This document shows, in pieces, positions 24,473 through 33,295 of a stretch of 34,476 bases of DNA. Position 1 is the first letter of the stretch. The number at the start of each line of letters is the position of its first letter. The translations under genes and the position numbers were made by a program. Source of the DNA: Pseudomonadota bacterium (GTDB lineage: Bacteria > Myxococcota_A > Bradymonadia > UBA4248). The DNA is taken from contig JAFZFY010000215.1 in assembly GCA_017555665.1 (NCBI GenBank), forward strand, positions 1-34,476, written 5' to 3'. The notes beneath the pieces were generated by a model. It was not told where the DNA came from. It ran no database searches and saw only the letters and a list, made by a program, of their open reading frames with translations.

Positions 24473-27400
24473 CTATTCGCAGTGGATGCATCCAGCCGGG
24501 CAGGTTTCTGCCGCGTCGCGGCAGTCTTCGGGCGTGGCGTCGTCCCGTATGATCACGGCCTGGCCGTCATCATTGAGGCCGAACGTCTTGTCATCGATAG
24601 AGACGCATGCGCCGCAGGAGAGGCATTTTGCCGTATCGAGCCAGGGGCATTTCTGTGTGCACTCGTCAGGCGCGGGTGCGGTCTGGGGGGCAGCCTCAGG
24701 CATCTGGACTGCCTGAGGCGTTTGTGCGGTCTGGGAGGCAGCCTCAGGCATCTGGACTGCCTGAGGCGCTTGTACGGTTTTGGCATCACGGACCTTTCCT
24801 TCGCCCGCAAGCCCTTCGATATAGGCGGTTTCGTCGCGTATGTCGTCGTTGATATCGGCTGTGTCGTCGGTATCTTGGCCGAGCTGTACGCGCAGTTCAT
24901 GCAGGCATTGTGCGAGCGTGTCTGCCGTGTGCTGGATGAGCTCCTGCGAGGCATCGAAGCGCTGGGCGGCCTGTTCTGCGGCCTTTTGCGTGGCTTCGAG
25001 CTGCTGGAGGTGTCTGGATTCGCGGGCATCTTTGGCAATCTGAAGCTGCGCTTTTGTGGAGAGCGACAGCTCGCGGAGCGTTTTCCATCGCTGCATTCGG
25101 TCGATGCAGGCGTTGACGACATCTCGTGTCATGATGCATTTGCGCAGCGTGGAGTCGACGACACCCCAGATGAACGGGATCTGCGGCTTGTCGAAAGACG
25201 GGGATTTGAGGAATTCGCCGATCTCGATGAGCTCGTCGTTCCAAGCGTCGTTGGGAAGGATGCGGAAATACTTGTGGTAGCCGGGTTCGAGTGCGAGTGC
25301 GTGTGCGAACGTGAAGGTGCCGGGCATCTGTTTGGTGGTGCCGTCGACATCGATATAGGAGAACTGGCAGGTGGGCCAGACCTGGTCGATCTGCGGATTT
25401 TCGTCTACATTGAATCGTTCGACACGGGTTTCGCCGATACTCGGATCATACTGGAACATGGGTGCCGTGCGCGCGTAATGCGCGGCTTCGAGCTGGACCC
25501 GTGCGGGCAGCCGCCATGACCACGTGGGGCATGCGACGACGGTGATGGCGGGGCGAAGCAGGCGGTTCATGCGCGTGAGCGTCGCGACGAGATGTTCGGG
25601 GCGAGCAAGCGAGGATTGCGCGACAAAAGCCTCCCGGAAGGCGGTCGCGAGGTAGCTGAAGCCGGGATCGTAGTTGGAGACGCCGGCGCTCAGATCGCCG
25701 CCCATCGTTTTGGATGTCGATTCGAAGGTGAGCGCGACGATGGGTTTTCCTGCGCGTATCAGGCGTGACAGCGGCGTGAGCTGCGCATAGATCCTGTCGG
25801 TGGTTTCGGCGATGCAGATGACGGGCAGGAGCCTGAGCTCGTCTTCGGAGAGATCCTGCCATGTAAACTGTTCCAGGATATCGGCGTGATAGACAGGATC
25901 GTAGGCGTTATCGATGTCGAGCCGTGCCATGCGCATGGCTTTGAACGCCTCGACATGCTTCTGGCTGATCGCGTCGAAGAGGCCGGTGGCGACAGCGATC
26001 GGCTCTTCGTGGCAGATGCTCCGGACGCGGTCATAGGAGGTCTTGACCTGTATGTCTGGCGGATAGGTGAAGATGAGGTCGTCGGAGGTGTCGAGATGTT
26101 TGAGGAAGGCTTCGAGTGTGTGCAGGGAGTAGGTCATCCTGCGGATGCGTTCGGGATCATGCTGGATGTGCCCTCTGTGCTGGTGCGCGAGGTCTTTTGA
26201 GATTTCGTGGATATCGAGCAGCCCGCCGGCGGCATCGCCGAAAGCGTCGCTGAGCGCAGATTCGGACATGCCGAAAGGCCCGTAGGCATCATCGAGCCTG
26301 AGCGCTTCGCGCAGCTGTGTGATGAGGCCTCGGATATCGGAGCGCACGTCTCGGATCCTGCTTCGCCGGGCGGCTCGGACGGCGAGCACATAGAGATCGA
26401 GCAGCGTGTGCGGATTGAGCCCGATCAGATAACATTCGTCGGAAAGCGCGGTGATGAAATCGCGCAGGCCGGAGCGGATCACGGGTGAGAAGAAGGGATC
26501 TGAGGCCGTGGCTTCTGAAAGCGCTACATCGAGCAGTTTCTTGGCTGGCGTGATGAGCTGGGTATCATCGGAGATTTTTTCGGCGCAAGCCAGGAATGCG
26601 GCCAGGCATCGTTTGACGGCGTCATCCTCGGAGAGATCGCCGAATTTCATCGCGAGCGCGTGATCCAGACGCTGTGTTTGCAGGGATGGATTGCCGGAGA
26701 TGCGCGTCGCGAGCAGGGGGTAATAGTGTTCAGTGTTGAGCGATTGCAGGTAGGGATTGAGCGCGGCAGGGCGTATGGATAGTCCGGGGAGCGGGTGGTG
26801 ATGCGCGTCTGTGGACTGTCCGCGCACGAAGAAGTTGCGGATAATCGTGCGCCATGTCGAGGCTTCTGCGCGGTTGCGGATGCTGGGCTGCATGCGCGGC
26901 AGCTTGATCTGAGGGGCAAAATATGGGTCGAACTGATCGGAAGACTGGATCGATCGGTCGACTTCGCGGACTTCCTGTGCGCCGGTGAGGAGGCGTGCGA
27001 AGGCATCTTGGGAGAGCAGTCGGTTTTGCAGGATTTTTTCGCTGTCGATGTTCACGCCTGTGTGTGTCTGGACGAGCTTGAGCAGTGCGCCGTGCACGAC
27101 GTAGCAGCCGTATCTGTCTACCGTCCTGTATTCGTCGAGCAGGCTTCCGGCGAGGGAGTAGATGCCGATATGCTTTTTTTCGATAAACGTCTGCATAGCG
27201 GGGCTGAATAGCGGCCAGATGGAGGCTTCTTCGACGCTTCTTCCGAGGACGAGGACGAGCGCGTGCTCGGCGAGGTCATGCAGGATATCCTTGATGTCGA
27301 TGAGACCGGGATGTGAGAGGAACAGGACATCGATGGGGCGTTTTTCGCAATCGGGATGTTCATGTGGGGTATTTTCGAGGCCGAGCGTGCTGATCTGCGG

Positions 27401-28429
27401 GTGCGGGCTTTTGACCTGGAAGGCGGAGAGGCCGTTTGTTTTGCTGAGATACGCGGCGAGATCGAAGAGCAGGCCACGGCTCATCTGACCGCCGGGAGCT
27501 GCGCCAATGACAAGGGGATGGCTGTCTTTGGGGCTTGTGAACGTGATGGCATTTTCGATAACGTCCGGGCTGATCTCGAGTGCGAATGCGATGTCTTCGA
27601 TGGCGGTATCGCCGTGCATGTCGATATAGCGGTATCGTTTATTCGCGAGTGCGTGCGCGAGATGGGCGTGCAGGTCGGACTGCTCGAAGGATTCATTTTC
27701 GTCGAGGATGAGGATCAGCTTTTGGTTGACGAAGCATTCGGTGAAACGTTCGGGGAAAGGCCGGATGACTTTGGGGCAGACGTAGAAAGCTTTTCTGCCG
27801 AGTTTTGCGAGCATTGCGGATAGCGCTTTTGCCTCGTCGATATATCGTCCGGACGTGAAGATGCATACCGCCTGTGTGAGGAAAGCGTCCATTTCCGCGA
27901 TATGCATCGGGATGTCGAACCGATCCTTGAAAGCGCACATGCTTTTCGTGATGGTATCGAGGATGAGTGCATCATCGATCACGTCTCTGTTTTTTGAGCC
28001 GATCGGCGTGATGAAGTCGAGCATCTCCTGTGAGATCATGCGAGCGCCTTCGAGCTTGCTGGCGTGCCTGTCATCGATGGAGCAGAGGCCAGGCAGACCG
28101 AGTTTTGCGGCGACATCATGCGCGATGAGGCAGTGATAGACGGCTTCCTGGGCAGAGGTGGCCTGAAGCTCGAAGGGGAGCTTGATCTGCAGGGGGTCGT
28201 AGGGTTTTCGTTCTCGATGGCAGACGAGTGTGGAGGGCATGGAAGGGAGCGCGAAGTCTGTGTTGTTGTCGCAGAGGAGTGCGGCAGCGCGTTGCCCGAG
28301 CATGGCAAAGCCTTCGGCTTCGGCGACGGAGAGCCTTGCGCCGGAACGGCAGATTAGAGCTTCGGAGATGTTGATGTGCCTGCGCGTGGCACGGACGAGC
28401 CATTTGTCTAGCAGTTCAAATGATTCCAT
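24473..28429 (-). CDS. Degenerate pyruvate:ferredoxin oxidoreductase-like protein with C-terminal ferredoxin domain
   Basis: PFOR-like segments ATSAQEAVYHCLIAH, VIRPFP, IDVLFLSHP, FVAQSSLA, PMFQYDP; C-terminal CLSCGAC...CPAGCI Fe-S motif; GAGG RBS before ATG 28429. Confidence 0.7.
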   Translation of the reverse strand: MESFELLDKWLVRATRRHINISEALICRSGARLSVAEAEGFAMLGQRAAALLCDNNTDFALPSMPSTLVCHRERKPYDPLQIKLPFELQATSAQEAVYHCLIAHDVAAKLGLPGLCSIDDRHASKLEGARMISQEMLDFITPIGSKNRDVIDDALILDTITKSMCAFKDRFDIPMHIAEMDAFLTQAVCIFTSGRYIDEAKALSAMLAKLGRKAFYVCPKVIRPFPERFTECFVNQKLILILDENESFEQSDLHAHLAHALANKRYRYIDMHGDTAIEDIAFALEISPDVIENAITFTSPKDSHPLVIGAAPGGQMSRGLLFDLAAYLSKTNGLSAFQVKSPHPQISTLGLENTPHEHPDCEKRPIDVLFLSHPGLIDIKDILHDLAEHALVLVLGRSVEEASIWPLFSPAMQTFIEKKHIGIYSLAGSLLDEYRTVDRYGCYVVHGALLKLVQTHTGVNIDSEKILQNRLLSQDAFARLLTGAQEVREVDRSIQSSDQFDPYFAPQIKLPRMQPSIRNRAEASTWRTIIRNFFVRGQSTDAHHHPLPGLSIRPAALNPYLQSLNTEHYYPLLATRISGNPSLQTQRLDHALAMKFGDLSEDDAVKRCLAAFLACAEKISDDTQLITPAKKLLDVALSEATASDPFFSPVIRSGLRDFITALSDECYLIGLNPHTLLDLYVLAVRAARRSRIRDVRSDIRGLITQLREALRLDDAYGPFGMSESALSDAFGDAAGGLLDIHEISKDLAHQHRGHIQHDPERIRRMTYSLHTLEAFLKHLDTSDDLIFTYPPDIQVKTSYDRVRSICHEEPIAVATGLFDAISQKHVEAFKAMRMARLDIDNAYDPVYHADILEQFTWQDLSEDELRLLPVICIAETTDRIYAQLTPLSRLIRAGKPIVALTFESTSKTMGGDLSAGVSNYDPGFSYLATAFREAFVAQSSLARPEHLVATLTRMNRLLRPAITVVACPTWSWRLPARVQLEAAHYARTAPMFQYDPSIGETRVERFNVDENPQIDQVWPTCQFSYIDVDGTTKQMPGTFTFAHALALEPGYHKYFRILPNDAWNDELIEIGEFLKSPSFDKPQIPFIWGVVDSTLRKCIMTRDVVNACIDRMQRWKTLRELSLSTKAQLQIAKDARESRHLQQLEATQKAAEQAAQRFDASQELIQHTADTLAQCLHELRVQLGQDTDDTADINDDIRDETAYIEGLAGEGKVRDAKTVQAPQAVQMPEAASQTAQTPQAVQMPEAAPQTAPAPDECTQKCPWLDTAKCLSCGACVSIDDKTFGLNDDGQAVIIRDDATPEDCRDAAETCPAGCIHCE
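24676..24771. repeat. Two in-frame 48-bp tandem repeats, each containing a 10-bp perfect palindrome
   Basis: Units start at 24676 and 24724; each carries GCCTCAGGCA-TCTGGAC-TGCCTGAGGC and encodes PQAVQMPEAA. Confidence 0.85.
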
Positions 28430-28615
28430 GACGAACCTCACCTCGTTGAAAAGGCGGCATGATTTGGCCGCAGAAGCTGGAAGATTTAATCCTTTTAAGG
28501 ATATGTGTGAACAGAAAAAGATGCCAAGGCACCGTGGTGAGGGATCTCGGCGTGCCGTGTGTATGCAGGTCAGGATGTGCGAAAGGCGCATCAAATGTGG
28601 GAATGCGGCAGGGAG

Positions 28616-28683
28616 GCGCCGGCGTATTGAGCGCAGCGAGAAGCCGGCGCTCGCCCGCGTATCGCCGTGGGCGATAGCGGGCG
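28616..28683. repeat. Bulged-hairpin REP-like repeats (one degenerate, one intact)
   Basis: GCGCCGGC-G-TATT...GCCGGCGC (degenerate, 28616-28650) and CGCCCGC-G-TATCGCC-GTG-GGCGATA-GCGGGCG (28652-28683). Confidence 0.72.
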
Positions 28684-28876
28684 TCCCGAAAAATGCGCCT
28701 TGGCGGCCTGGCGTCGCTTGTCGCGATTGCTGAACTTCGTGTATCGTCTCGTTTACGATAGAAGTGGAAAAAACGAGTGAGATGGGTTACACTGGGAATG
28801 TTGTGTGTCGTTCGGATACTGAATCGTTTGAGGATGCATGCGGTATCTGGCTGCGCGAGAAGCAGGATAGTATTGG

Positions 28877-30877
28877 ATGTTTCAACGATATGGGCTTTTT
28901 CCTGGCTATACGATCCAGGAAAGATTTGACTCGCCGCGTTATTACGAGAGATTTCTTGCGACGGAGAACGCAGATCCGCGTAATTGGTGTGTGATACGCT
29001 GTCTGAACAAGGAGCTGGCGGGCACGGCAGAGCTCAGGCTGTGTTATCAGGACGCGTGCCGTCATTATGCGCATTATCAGTTGGACGGCCTGATCCCCGT
29101 TCGTGAGATGGGGACGAGCCGTGCCTACGGATTTTATATCGCCTATGCGTATGAGTTTAGCTCGCTATCGATAGGAGAGATATCGGCGCTGAGCCAGCAT
29201 CACAAGCTGAATATGAGCCCGGCGTTTATGATGTCTGTGCTGTTGGATGCGGTTCGTATTCTTGATGTGGCGCATGCGAACAAGCTCGAACATTTTGGCG
29301 TGATCCCGCCGAATATCATCGTGTCGCCGAATGGTGATGTGTATGTGAAGGGATTTGTGGAAGTGGCGATGCGCCGGCGGTACCATTTCGAGACGGAGAT
29401 GCTTGAGAAGTTTGACGCGCCGGAATGGCGTCGTCATGAGGCGGTGGGCGTGGCGAGCGACGTGTATGCGATCTCGGCGTTCCTCTATCAGAGCCTGACG
29501 AACGAGCTTCAGCCGGACGAGTGGGAGCCGCGCTGGATGGGGATGATGGATGTCCTGAACCGCTCGGGTGTGCCTGGCGAGTCGCTGACGGCGATGATGT
29601 CGTTTTTTCAGCACACGCTTGCGGAGCGTCCGCAGCAGAGGTTTTCGAGCTATAGCCAGCTTGCCCAGGCGTTAGAGCGTCTGCTGCATGAATTTGGCGG
29701 GTATCAGCCGCGCGAAGTGCGCGCGGAGATATTGAGCGGTCAGTTTGATGATTTTCCGCCGCGCATGCGAGTGGAGAACTGCGAGTTCCGAAGCGACGTG
29801 ATCAATCTGATCACGGGCGAGCTGCCGTGTATATCGGCGGAGATGCCGGAGCCGAGCGAGGAGCAGGCTGTATTGACGGGACTGACGGGGATGCAGCGGC
29901 GAGAGGCTCCGTCCGAGTCATCAGGCGGCAGCGGCGGCGATATCAGTTTTGAAGAGACGCTGACATCCTCGCCGTTGGAGGGTATCGAGACGCGCGTGCT
30001 TCACCGCAGTTCCAACAGTTTCCGGACGATCAACCCGAATCTTCGTGCATCGATCCATGCGTCTCCGCTGGAGGTCTTGGCGCGTTCTCGCTATCAGATC
30101 CTGGACGAGCTTGGGTCTGGCGGCACGGGCACCGTGTACAAAGTGCTGGACACGACGCTGACGGAAGTGCTGGCGCTCAAGGTATTGAAGCCGGAGCTCG
30201 TGTCGGATGCGGCGTGGCTGCAGCGGTTCAAGCGCGAGCTCAAGATCACGCGCGACTTGGAGCATGCGTATATCTTGCCGGCGTATCATCTCGAACAGTT
30301 GGAAGGGCTGTATTTCTTTACGATGCGCTATATCGACGGGAAGAATCTGAGCGAGCATCTGCATGAGTCATCGCTGCCGCTGATGATGAGCTTGCGTATA
30401 TTGACGCAAGTGGCGGAGGCGCTGGTGGCGGCGCATGACCGAGGTATCATTCATCGGGACCTGAAGCCAGCGAATATCATGGTCGAGGCCGGGACGTACC
30501 ATCCGTATCTGATGGATTTTGGGATCGCGAGCACGCTCGATATGCCGTCTCTGACGATCGAAGGGCAGGGGATCGGGACGCCGTTTTATATGGCTCCCGA
30601 GCAGTCCCGAGGCGAGCAGATCACGATTCAGGCGGATGTGTATTCGTTTGGGGTGGTGTGTTACGAGTGTTTTACGCAAAAGCTGCCCTTTACGGGGGCG
30701 ACAGCGGTGGCGATCTATACGGCGCAGCAGTCGGGTATATTTGAGCCGATCCGAGATCTGAACCCGATGGTGCCGCCCGCGATCGCGAAGCTCGTGGAGA
30801 GCTGTCTTGCGCCGCAGGCGCAGAACAGGCCGGCCTCGATGCGCGTGGTTCTGGATGGCTTTGGGCGAATGGGATAA
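28877..30877 (+). CDS. Hanks-type Ser/Thr protein kinase with N-terminal pseudokinase domain
   Basis: C-terminal domain has LGSGGTGTVY, ALKVLK, HRDLKPANIM, DFG, GTPFYMAPE, DVYSFG; N-terminal copy is degenerate (HFGVIPPNI, KGF, APE, SDVYAIS); no transmembrane segment seen. Confidence 0.92.
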   Translation: MFQRYGLFPGYTIQERFDSPRYYERFLATENADPRNWCVIRCLNKELAGTAELRLCYQDACRHYAHYQLDGLIPVREMGTSRAYGFYIAYAYEFSSLSIGEISALSQHHKLNMSPAFMMSVLLDAVRILDVAHANKLEHFGVIPPNIIVSPNGDVYVKGFVEVAMRRRYHFETEMLEKFDAPEWRRHEAVGVASDVYAISAFLYQSLTNELQPDEWEPRWMGMMDVLNRSGVPGESLTAMMSFFQHTLAERPQQRFSSYSQLAQALERLLHEFGGYQPREVRAEILSGQFDDFPPRMRVENCEFRSDVINLITGELPCISAEMPEPSEEQAVLTGLTGMQRREAPSESSGGSGGDISFEETLTSSPLEGIETRVLHRSSNSFRTINPNLRASIHASPLEVLARSRYQILDELGSGGTGTVYKVLDTTLTEVLALKVLKPELVSDAAWLQRFKRELKITRDLEHAYILPAYHLEQLEGLYFFTMRYIDGKNLSEHLHESSLPLMMSLRILTQVAEALVAAHDRGIIHRDLKPANIMVEAGTYHPYLMDFGIASTLDMPSLTIEGQGIGTPFYMAPEQSRGEQITIQADVYSFGVVCYECFTQKLPFTGATAVAIYTAQQSGIFEPIRDLNPMVPPAIAKLVESCLAPQAQNRPASMRVVLDGFGRMG

Positions 30878-30929
30878 TCCGTCATGCGCGGCGTTTTGCC
30901 GTGATTGGCATTGTCAGATGGGGAGAATT

Positions 30930-31460
30930 ATGGAAAAACCGAGCGTGATCTGTATCGATCTGGATGGCGTTCTTGTGGACATGCACTGGGGGCTTGTTCG
31001 TCTTTTTGGCGATGATCCCGAAAAGTACACGGAGGCGCAGTGGGCAGAAGTCGGCGAGTGGGGGCTTTCGATCCCGAAGGGGGATTTTTGGGGCAAGGTG
31101 CGCAGCCAGGGGATCCAGTGGTGGCTGAATCTTCCGAAACTGCCGTGGACGGATGAGCTGTGGGCGGCGGCGCAGGCAACGGGCGCGACGTGCGTGGTGC
31201 TGACGACGCCGGCGCCGTTTCCGGAGTCGTCGTATGGCAAATGGCAGTGGGTGAACGATAACCTGCACACGCAGAACATATTGATCGGCCGGCCGAAGGA
31301 GATCTGTGCGCAGCCAGGGACGTGGCTGATCGATGACCGCGCGGGGTATGGGCCGCGCTGGGAAGGGCGCGGCGGCCGCTTGTTGTCTTTGCAACGTCCG
31401 TGGAACAAAGGCGGTCTGAAGATTGAGGAAATACTTAAGATTTTGAAGGAGGCCTGTTGA
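30930..31460 (+). CDS. HAD-superfamily 5'(3')-deoxyribonucleotidase-like hydrolase
   Basis: Motif I IDLDGVLVD, LTT, GKWQWV, motif IV LIDDR, RPWN; GGAG RBS before ATG 30930. Confidence 0.8.
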   Translation: MEKPSVICIDLDGVLVDMHWGLVRLFGDDPEKYTEAQWAEVGEWGLSIPKGDFWGKVRSQGIQWWLNLPKLPWTDELWAAAQATGATCVVLTTPAPFPESSYGKWQWVNDNLHTQNILIGRPKEICAQPGTWLIDDRAGYGPRWEGRGGRLLSLQRPWNKGGLKIEEILKILKEAC

Positions 31461-31461
31461 T

Positions 31462-32316
31462 ATGACCGCAGAATTACTCGATGGCAAGGCTGTATCGGCG
31501 GCGATACAGGCAGAGATACGCGATCGCGTGCAAGCGCATTTTACGCCGGAGACGGCACCGAGGCTTTGCGTGATCCTCGTGGGCGATAATCCCGCGAGCG
31601 CGAGCTATGTGCGCACGAAGTGCAAGATGGCAGAGAAGCTGGGTTTCCGGCATGAGATCTATCACTTTGATGCCGATGTATCGCAGGCGGAGGTCGAGGC
31701 TCGCATCGATGCGTGCAACGCGGATCCGATGTGTGATGCGGTGTTCGTGCAGCTTCCGCTGCCGAAGCATCTGGATGCGGTCGCGCTTCCGAACCGCGTC
31801 CGCGCGGACAAGGATGCCGACGGCCTGACGCGAGCCGCGATGGGCGCGCTGCTTTTGGGCGAGACGAATGCGTTTCAGCCGTGCACGCCGCGCGGGATCA
31901 TCCGGCTGTTGGATGCCTATCACATCGATATGACCGGCATGGATGCCGTCGTGATCGGGCGCAGCAATATCGTGGGCAAGCCGATGAGCCTGATGCTTCA
32001 GCGCCGTAATGCGACCGTGACGATGTGCCATACGCGCACGAAAGACCTCGCATCACATGTGATGCGAGCGGATCTTCTCGTCGTGGCGGCAGGCAGTCCC
32101 GAGCTCGTCAAAGGCGATTGGATCAAGCCGGGTGCGGTCATTGTCGATGCAGGGTTTACCAAGACGCCAGATGGCGTCATTCACGGCGATGTCGATTTCG
32201 AGAAGGCGCGTGAACGCGCCAGCTATATCACGCCGGTGCCCGGCGGCGTCGGGCCGATGACCGTGATCAGCCTGATGGAGCAGACACTCGAAAGCGCGCT
32301 GGCGCATCGCGCGTAG
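31462..32316 (+). CDS. folD: Bifunctional methylenetetrahydrofolate dehydrogenase/cyclohydrolase
   Basis: LLDGK, VGDNPAS..YVRTK, VQLPLP, KDADG, PCTPRG, GRSNIVGKP, ITPVPGGVGPMT. Confidence 0.97.
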   Translation: MTAELLDGKAVSAAIQAEIRDRVQAHFTPETAPRLCVILVGDNPASASYVRTKCKMAEKLGFRHEIYHFDADVSQAEVEARIDACNADPMCDAVFVQLPLPKHLDAVALPNRVRADKDADGLTRAAMGALLLGETNAFQPCTPRGIIRLLDAYHIDMTGMDAVVIGRSNIVGKPMSLMLQRRNATVTMCHTRTKDLASHVMRADLLVVAAGSPELVKGDWIKPGAVIVDAGFTKTPDGVIHGDVDFEKARERASYITPVPGGVGPMTVISLMEQTLESALAHRA

Positions 32317-32491
32317 GTGGCGTTGTTCGTTATGTGTAGGTGAAAGTGCGGCATTGTGTGCGCATTGCCGCATGAATCCTTGAGATGGCGATATTTTTGG
32401 TTGTTTCAGACGGGCAAAAAGCCCTATAAGAGAGAATTGGGTTTACCTGCGCATCTGCGCTTTTTTTAACTCTATTTTAGGAGCAGGGAAC

Positions 32492-33229
32492 ATGAGCGAC
32501 ACTTTTGATCACATCATTATCAATGGCCGTCCGGGCGGTGGCAAATCGGAACTGATCGATTTCATTCGCAATACGCCGATCGAAAAGCGCAAAGAACTTT
32601 TCCATATCGGAGAGATGGTGTTTGAGGATGATTTCGTCTGGCTGTGGGAAAAATTCCAGGAAGATGATATGTGGGAATCGCTCGGTTATGAACGCATGTA
32701 TTCCCGCACGCACAAGCTCGGCTATGTCCAGTTTGACGATCAGAATTCCGGTCATCCGCTTCTCGACCTGTGCTGCCAGAAATTCAACGTCGCGATCAAA
32801 AAGAAATATCTCTCCAATCCCGACTTCTATAAAGATCACACGCTGTTCATCGAGTTCGCGCGCGGCATGGCAGACGGCGGCTACAAGCATGTCTATGATC
32901 TCCTCGATGACGAGATTCTGAAACGCTCCGTGATTCTCTATATCAAGGTTTCATTTGAAGAGTCCAAACGCAAGAATGATGCGCGCTATAAAGAGTGGGA
33001 AAAAGGCTCGATCCTTTCGCACAGCCTTCCCGAAGAGAGCCTGCTGCGCTTCAGCAGCGCGGATGACTGGGAAGAATTGACCGGCGGCAAAGAGACTGGT
33101 TTCATCAACATTCGCGGTATCGAGATTCCGTTCGTGACGATGCCGAATGAGCCGGAACTCAAAGATGGTCCCGAACTCGATGCGCGTTACAGCCGTGCGC
33201 TGACGCTCCTCAAGAACCTCGTCAAGTAA
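32492..33229 (+). CDS. Hypothetical P-loop (nucleotide-kinase-like) protein
   Basis: N-terminal Walker A IIINGRPGGGKSE, IEFARG, ILYIKVSFEESKRKN; AGGAG RBS; own terminator. Confidence 0.8.
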   Translation: MSDTFDHIIINGRPGGGKSELIDFIRNTPIEKRKELFHIGEMVFEDDFVWLWEKFQEDDMWESLGYERMYSRTHKLGYVQFDDQNSGHPLLDLCCQKFNVAIKKKYLSNPDFYKDHTLFIEFARGMADGGYKHVYDLLDDEILKRSVILYIKVSFEESKRKNDARYKEWEKGSILSHSLPEESLLRFSSADDWEELTGGKETGFINIRGIEIPFVTMPNEPELKDGPELDARYSRALTLLKNLVK

Positions 33230-33248
33230 GCCGAATTTGTGTATGTCT

Positions 33249-33273
33249 AAGCCCCCATCCGGGGGCTTTTTTT
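33249..33273 (+). terminator. Rho-independent terminator
   Basis: AAGCCCCC-ATCC-GGGGGCTT followed by TTTTT. Confidence 0.85.
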
Positions 33274-33295
33274 GTGTCTGTTTCGAGTGCTTTGT

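Noticed and set aside
24676-24771. Mini-CRISPR (27-bp palindromic repeat x2)
   Set aside because: The intervening sequences are themselves repeated rather than unique spacers, the array is in-frame within a CDS and no cas genes are present
24194-25519. 441-aa plus-strand ORF
   Set aside because: Antisense to rarA and the PFOR-like gene, which carry recognisable motifs
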